Source: Longimicrobiales bacterium
GTDB taxonomy: Bacteria > Gemmatimonadota > Gemmatimonadetes > Longimicrobiales > Gaopeijiaceae
Assembly: GCA_965248195.1 (NCBI GenBank)
Contig: CBDFIQ010000002.1
Coordinates: forward strand, 3,008,001-3,072,000
DNA length: 64,000 nt
Direction: 5' to 3'
Shown here: piece by piece, positions 59,143 through 64,000 of the stretch
Layout: each line of letters begins with the position of its first letter
Position numbering within the stretch: the first letter of the stretch is position 1
The notes under the pieces: model-generated
What the model saw: the letters and a program-made list of their open reading frames with translations, nothing else
Told to the model about the DNA's origin: nothing
The model's database searches: none
Program-made: the position numbers and the translations under genes

Positions 59143-60750
59143 CTATCGGTCGAGCGGCCGGTAGTTGACGCCGAGCGCCTCGAGCCGGTCGAAGTGCCAA
59201 TCCAGGCGCTCGACGAAACCTGCGAAGTTTCTCCTTTCGCTGGGCGACCAGACGACCTCGGACAGCGCCAACATGCGGGGGAAGACCATGTACTCCACGT
59301 GGTCCTCGGTCGTCATGTATTCCGTCCAGACGTTCGCCTGGGCCCCGAGTACGTGCCTCGCCTCGGTGGGCGTGAGCTCCGAGGGGACGGGCTCGTAGGA
59401 GTAGACGGTGTCGAGCGGTAGGAAGCCGCCGATCGCGAGTGGCTCGCCCTCCTGGTCCTCCGTTTGGTAGTAGTCGAGATAGAGGTGGCTGTACGGAGTC
59501 ATGATGACGTCGTGTCCCTGCCTGGCCGCTTCGATTCCGCCCTCGGTTCCCCGCCACGACATGACCGTCGCATTCGGAGCCAAACCCCCGTCGAGGATCT
59601 CGTCCCACCCGATGAGTCGACGTCCGTTCGCGTTCAGGTAGCGTTCGATACGCTGGATGAACCAGCTCTGCACCTCGTTCTCGTCCGCGAGGCCCTCGCG
59701 CTCCTTGAGCTCTTGGACGAGCTCGCTCTCCTCCCAGCGGTCCTTCGGTGCCTCGTCCCCACCCACATGAATCAGCTCGCCCGGGAAAAGTTCAATGACC
59801 TCTGAGAGCACGTTCTGAAGGAACGCGAACGTCTCTTCCGAAGGGCAGTAGATGTCCTCGTGCACGCCCCACGTCATCCCGACCTCGAAGGGGCCCTCGG
59901 TACAGGCCAGCTCCGGGTAGGCGGCTAATGCGGCCAACGAGTGCCCGGGCATCTCGATCTCCGGGATGATCGTCACGTAGCGTGCTTGCGCGTACGCCAC
60001 GATGTCGCGGATCTCGTCTTTTGTGTAGAAGCCGCCGTACCGCTGGCCGTCGCCGTTGAAGTCGTCCCGCCCATGTCCGATGTGCGTCTGCGCTCGGTAC
60101 GCGCCCACTTGAGTGAGTAGCGGATAACGTTCGATCTGGACGCGCCAACCCTGATCCTCGGTCAGGTGCCAGTGGAAGCGATTGATCTTGTAGCGCGCGA
60201 GCATGTCGACGTAACGCTTTACGAAGTCCGGGCCGAAGAAGTGCCGAGCGACGTCGAGGTGCATACCGCGGTACGAGAAACGGGGCGCGTCGTCGATCCG
60301 GACGGAGGGAACCTCGAGCGGCGCCTGGACCATCCCGGCCCCGTCTTCCAACCCCGGGGGAAGGAGCTGCGACAGCGTTTGCAAGCCGTAGAAGAGGCCC
60401 GAGTGATCACCCGCAGCGATCGAGATGCCCGACTCGGACACGGTGAGTCGATAACTCTCCGGACCCCCGCTTCCGTCGACTCCGAGGCGCAGCGCACCGT
60501 CGGTGGAGAAGGGCAACGCGAGGCCCGTGCCGACCCGGACCGGACCGGCCCAGAGCTCCACGACCTCCCGAGCCTCGGTATCGCTCGGGTCGATCAGCCC
60601 TATCGCGCTCGTTGCATCGAGGACGAAGACACCTTCCCCTGTTTCAAAGCTCCGCGGTATCGGCACGATGCTGTGGGGCGGCCCGCGGCCGCACGCGGAC
60701 AGGGCGACCGCGCTGATCAACAAAAGGCCCAGAACGTTGCTGTGCCTCAC
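59143..60750 (-). CDS. Beta-N-acetylhexosaminidase (GH20), lipoprotein
   Basis: LSAC lipobox; DAPRFSYRGMHLDVARHF, HWHLTEDQGWR, PEIEMPGH, HVGGDE, WTEY. Confidence 0.95.
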   Translation of the reverse strand: MRHSNVLGLLLISAVALSACGRGPPHSIVPIPRSFETGEGVFVLDATSAIGLIDPSDTEAREVVELWAGPVRVGTGLALPFSTDGALRLGVDGSGGPESYRLTVSESGISIAAGDHSGLFYGLQTLSQLLPPGLEDGAGMVQAPLEVPSVRIDDAPRFSYRGMHLDVARHFFGPDFVKRYVDMLARYKINRFHWHLTEDQGWRVQIERYPLLTQVGAYRAQTHIGHGRDDFNGDGQRYGGFYTKDEIRDIVAYAQARYVTIIPEIEMPGHSLAALAAYPELACTEGPFEVGMTWGVHEDIYCPSEETFAFLQNVLSEVIELFPGELIHVGGDEAPKDRWEESELVQELKEREGLADENEVQSWFIQRIERYLNANGRRLIGWDEILDGGLAPNATVMSWRGTEGGIEAARQGHDVIMTPYSHLYLDYYQTEDQEGEPLAIGGFLPLDTVYSYEPVPSELTPTEARHVLGAQANVWTEYMTTEDHVEYMVFPRMLALSEVVWSPSERRNFAGFVERLDWHFDRLEALGVNYRPLDR

Positions 60751-60792
60751 AGTGGCCTCGTAGGCATCGACACCGCTCGACGGGGCCTGGCG

Positions 60793-61527
60793 CTAGGTAC
60801 CCTGCGATGGTTTGCTACCAGGGGCGGCGGCCTGAGCGGCCCGAGCTCTAGACCCCTTTTCCCTGAATCCGATCCGGTGGTAGGGATTCACCACACTGGT
60901 CGCCACGTTCTTGAGGTGCGCGCTGACACGTTTCAGATACCGCAGGTAGAGTGCCACCGTGACCGCATGTCCGGACCGTCCCGACAACGCCTCACCCGAG
61001 CACAGGGCAGGCACCTGCTCGTCCACTTTGGCCGCGATGATGGTGTGGGACCCTATGATGCCCCTGGCCTTGGCCTCGTCGGATTCCTCGAGGGCGGGCA
61101 CGATATCGTCGAACATCCGAACCATGATCTGCTCGATCTCAGCCACCTCGCCGTGTAGCTCAAGCCCATCGAAGGGCCCCGGAACCGCACCCGCCAACTC
61201 CACGATGTTCTTCGTGTAGTCGCCGATGCGCTCGATGTCGATGACGATCGCGGTGAGCACCAGCCCCAGGTTGATGTCGGGCTTGGCCGACACGGACATG
61301 TGCGTGACGATCTTCCGACGAACCCTCCGCTCGTACTTGTTGAGCTGCTGATCGCGTTTGTAGATGTTGGTTTCCATCGCGCCTTCAGCGTGGAGCGCCT
61401 CGAGCGCGTGATCGAACATGTCGTGGGAGGCCCGAAGCATCAGGATAGCCTCGTCATACGCGTCCTGCAGCGGGCCCCCGGACCGGAAAAGCGTGACGAT
61501 TGACTTCCACATAGTTTGCTTCGCCAT
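60793..61527 (-). CDS. phoU: PhoU-family protein
   Basis: DIERIGDYTKNI and RYLKRVSAHLKN helical repeats; next to the Na/Pi symporter. Confidence 0.8.
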   Translation of the reverse strand: MAKQTMWKSIVTLFRSGGPLQDAYDEAILMLRASHDMFDHALEALHAEGAMETNIYKRDQQLNKYERRVRRKIVTHMSVSAKPDINLGLVLTAIVIDIERIGDYTKNIVELAGAVPGPFDGLELHGEVAEIEQIMVRMFDDIVPALEESDEAKARGIIGSHTIIAAKVDEQVPALCSGEALSGRSGHAVTVALYLRYLKRVSAHLKNVATSVVNPYHRIGFREKGSRARAAQAAAPGSKPSQGT

Positions 61528-61547
61528 AGCTTGCCAACCTTTCCTGC

Positions 61548-62687
61548 CTACAAAATGAGGTAGAGAATCGGGATGATGTGTAGTACCCCATACACGATGA
61601 TGATCGCCGCCGAACTGAGCTTCGTTCTGGCCGCAAGAGCACCGACCTTCTCCGCCATCCAGATGGGGAGCGCACGGAGAGGATAGAAAATAACCATACC
61701 CAGGATGTTGAAGCTCAGGTGAGCGAGAGCGACGACCACCGCAGCGGCGCTCGCCGTGGAGAACGATGCGAGCAAGGCGGTGACAGTCGTTCCGATGTTC
61801 GCTCCGAGCGTGTACGGGAAGATCTGCCTCAGCGACAGAACGCCGGTCCCCGCCAACGGCACGACCAGCGAGGTCGTTGCGGAGCTGCTCTGAACCGCCG
61901 CCGTGGTCACCGCCCCCAGAGCGAAGCTCGTCGCGTCGTTACGGAACAACACCCGGTCGAACAGGCTCGCCATGCGCTCGAGGAAGACGCCGCGCATGAG
62001 CTTCATGAGCTGGGTAAGCACGGTGATGAGCAGGACCAGCGCGATGCCGATCAGGGGTAGCTCGTACGGCACCAGACCGGTCACCAGGTCCGAGAGCGGC
62101 GTCACCACCGCCTTGAGCGGACTGGCCAGGCTCATGCCGCCGACTCCGGCGAAGACCTCCTGAAGGAACATCGCCATCCTCTCCACGGGGTGGAAGAGGA
62201 TCTCGATCGGCAGTATCGCCAGGGCGGCGAGGACGTTGAAGAAATCGTGCACTGTCGAGGCCGCAAAGGCCCGTTCAAACTCTGCCGGTCGCGTCACGTG
62301 GCCGATGGACACGATCGTGTTGGTGGTCGTCGTCCCGATGTTCGCACCCATGATTATGGGGATCGCGAGTTGGATCGTGAGCGCGTCCGACGCCACGAGT
62401 CCGACCACGATTGTCGTGGTGGTCGACGAGCTCTGGATCAGGCTCGTCGCGAGGAAGCCAATGATCACCCCCGCCACCGGATCGGAGGCCGTGTTCAGCA
62501 ACTGCTCCGCGAATCCACGGCCACCCATCCTGAAGGCGCTGCTCATCAGCTCGATGCTGAAGAAGAACAGGTACAGTAGGAGGATGAAGTAGACGACGTG
62601 CCACACCCCGAGGATCGGGTTGGCCTCGCCTTCGATTTTCGATAGGGTCGGGCTGGGCACTAAGCGTAGATCCTGGTGGAATGTCAC
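61548..62687 (-). CDS. Na+/Pi cotransporter (NptA-like)
   Basis: Two QSSS...GANIGTT repeats. Confidence 0.92.
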   Translation of the reverse strand: MTFHQDLRLVPSPTLSKIEGEANPILGVWHVVYFILLLYLFFFSIELMSSAFRMGGRGFAEQLLNTASDPVAGVIIGFLATSLIQSSSTTTTIVVGLVASDALTIQLAIPIIMGANIGTTTTNTIVSIGHVTRPAEFERAFAASTVHDFFNVLAALAILPIEILFHPVERMAMFLQEVFAGVGGMSLASPLKAVVTPLSDLVTGLVPYELPLIGIALVLLITVLTQLMKLMRGVFLERMASLFDRVLFRNDATSFALGAVTTAAVQSSSATTSLVVPLAGTGVLSLRQIFPYTLGANIGTTVTALLASFSTASAAAVVVALAHLSFNILGMVIFYPLRALPIWMAEKVGALAARTKLSSAAIIIVYGVLHIIPILYLIL

Positions 62688-62821
62688 CGATGAGCGACAG
62701 AGAAACTAAAGACTCCTCGCCCTTGGGGAAAACCCGAGCACCGGCCGGCCCACCCACTCGTCACCCCCAAAGTACGTGAGATCCTTGCAGCCCCGCATGC
62801 CGCATACCCATTTTGTCCGCC

Positions 62822-63262
62822 ATGCCCGGCACCGTCACTCGAAGTCCCACGCAGCGCATTCTGTTCCTATGTGTCGCGAATTCCGCCCGCAGCCAAATGG
62901 CCGAGGGCCTCGCCCGGCGAATTCTCAGCCAGCGGGCTGCGGTGTTGAGCGCCGGTTCGAATCCCACGCCCGTAAATCCTCACGCCGTCGAGGCCATGGC
63001 CGAGATCGGTATCGACATTACAGGCCAAGTTTCCAAGTCCGTGGACACGATCGATTTATCGGGGCTCGACCTGGTGGTGACGCTTTGCGCCGAGGAGGTT
63101 TGCCCGGTGCTGCCAGGGCAGGTTCGGCGGCTGCACTGGCCGATTCCCGACCCTGCTGCAGAGGACACCGGTGAGCCACAGGCACGTTTTCGCATTGCCC
63201 GCGACCTGATTCAAGAGAAAATCGATGCTTTGGCGGAGACGCTTGCAGTCCCCCACTCCTAG
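62822..63262 (+). CDS. arsC: Arsenate reductase / low-molecular-weight PTPase family
   Basis: [37 protein letters not shown]. Confidence 0.85.
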   Translation: MPGTVTRSPTQRILFLCVANSARSQMAEGLARRILSQRAAVLSAGSNPTPVNPHAVEAMAEIGIDITGQVSKSVDTIDLSGLDLVVTLCAEEVCPVLPGQVRRLHWPIPDPAAEDTGEPQARFRIARDLIQEKIDALAETLAVPHS

Positions 63263-63280
63263 GCAGGAGGACCCGAGCCA

Positions 63281-64000
63281 ATGAAGCGCCATCTCCCTAT
63301 TTTCCTCGCCGCACTGTGCTTCCCCGGTCCCTCCTCGGCTCAAGTGTCGAATGAACGATTGCAGGAAACTGTGTTTGGGCGCATGCCAGATGGAACGGCC
63401 GTGGAACAGTTCGCCTTACGCAACCAAGATGGGATGACCGTGAAGATCATCTCATACGGCGCGATCGTGACGGAGATTCACGCGCCCGACCGAGACGGGA
63501 ACACGATCAATGTGGTCTACGGTTCCGACACGCTCGAACCGTATCTGGATGGATTTCCCGCCGCTGCGGTCATTGGCCGAGTCGCAAATCGAATCGCTAA
63601 CGCGCGATTCTCGATCGACGACGTCGAGTATCGCGTCACGGTCAACCACCGCGGCAGGCACCATATTCATGGTGGCGATAGAGGATTTGCGAAGGTGGTC
63701 TGGGCTGCCGAGGCGCTCCCGGTCACTGGGAACGAAGCCGGAGTCAGGTTGACGTATATGAGCGTCGATGGCGAAGACGGCTATCCCGGCAACGTGACCG
63801 CGACGGTGACCTATACGCTGACAGATGACAACGAGTTGCGACTCGACTACACGGCCAGCACCGACAGGCCGACCATCATCAACATGACCAACCACGCCTA
63901 CTTCGACTTGGGCGGAGACGGCGATCTGTCAACACACGAGCTGTGGTTGAACGCTGATCGTTATACGCGGGCCGATAGCGAGCTGATTCCGACGGGGGGG
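63281..64000 (+). CDS. galM: Aldose 1-epimerase (galactose mutarotase), runs off the window
   Basis: My translation: FGRMPDG, YGAIV, GRVANRI, HGG, DGYPGN, NMTNHAYF. Confidence 0.9.
   Translation, partial: MKRHLPIFLAALCFPGPSSAQVSNERLQETVFGRMPDGTAVEQFALRNQDGMTVKIISYGAIVTEIHAPDRDGNTINVVYGSDTLEPYLDGFPAAAVIGRVANRIANARFSIDDVEYRVTVNHRGRHHIHGGDRGFAKVVWAAEALPVTGNEAGVRLTYMSVDGEDGYPGNVTATVTYTLTDDNELRLDYTASTDRPTIINMTNHAYFDLGGDGDLSTHELWLNADRYTRADSELIPTGG

Overview
High-GC bacterial chromosomal window. SusC/SusD pairs and a Ser/Thr kinase with a PD40 propeller suggest Gemmatimonadota (inference, no search run). 1-13.5 kb: a polysaccharide-utilisation-like locus (SusC, SusD, two large secreted enzymes, an NRAMP-like permease), an amidohydrolase, a frameshifted receiver domain and two type IV pilin-like genes. 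About 13.5-35.1 kb: a defective mosaic prophage whose two ends each truncate a host gene. It has a lysis cassette, two different packaging modules fused mid-gene, a lambda-like cos site, a replication initiator with iterons, a primase-helicase, and a DNA-modification cluster (two C5 methyltransferases, one N4C/N6A methyltransferase, a PAPS-reductase/DndC-like protein). I recognised no capsid, tail, integrase or repressor gene. Both C5 methyltransferase genes appear dual-coding, with a +1-frame overprinted ORF carrying the missing enzyme parts. 35.5-64 kb: mostly ordinary genes (TetR/SDR, M20 peptidase, NHL proteins, TRAP transporter, beta-oxidation, GH20, Na/Pi-PhoU, ArsC, GalM), plus a cyclase-kinase gene bracketed by perfect 22-bp inverted repeats and a promoter/RBS/N-terminus module duplicated in front of two unrelated genes. 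No tRNA, rRNA or CRISPR array was seen. All family calls come from motif recognition by eye.
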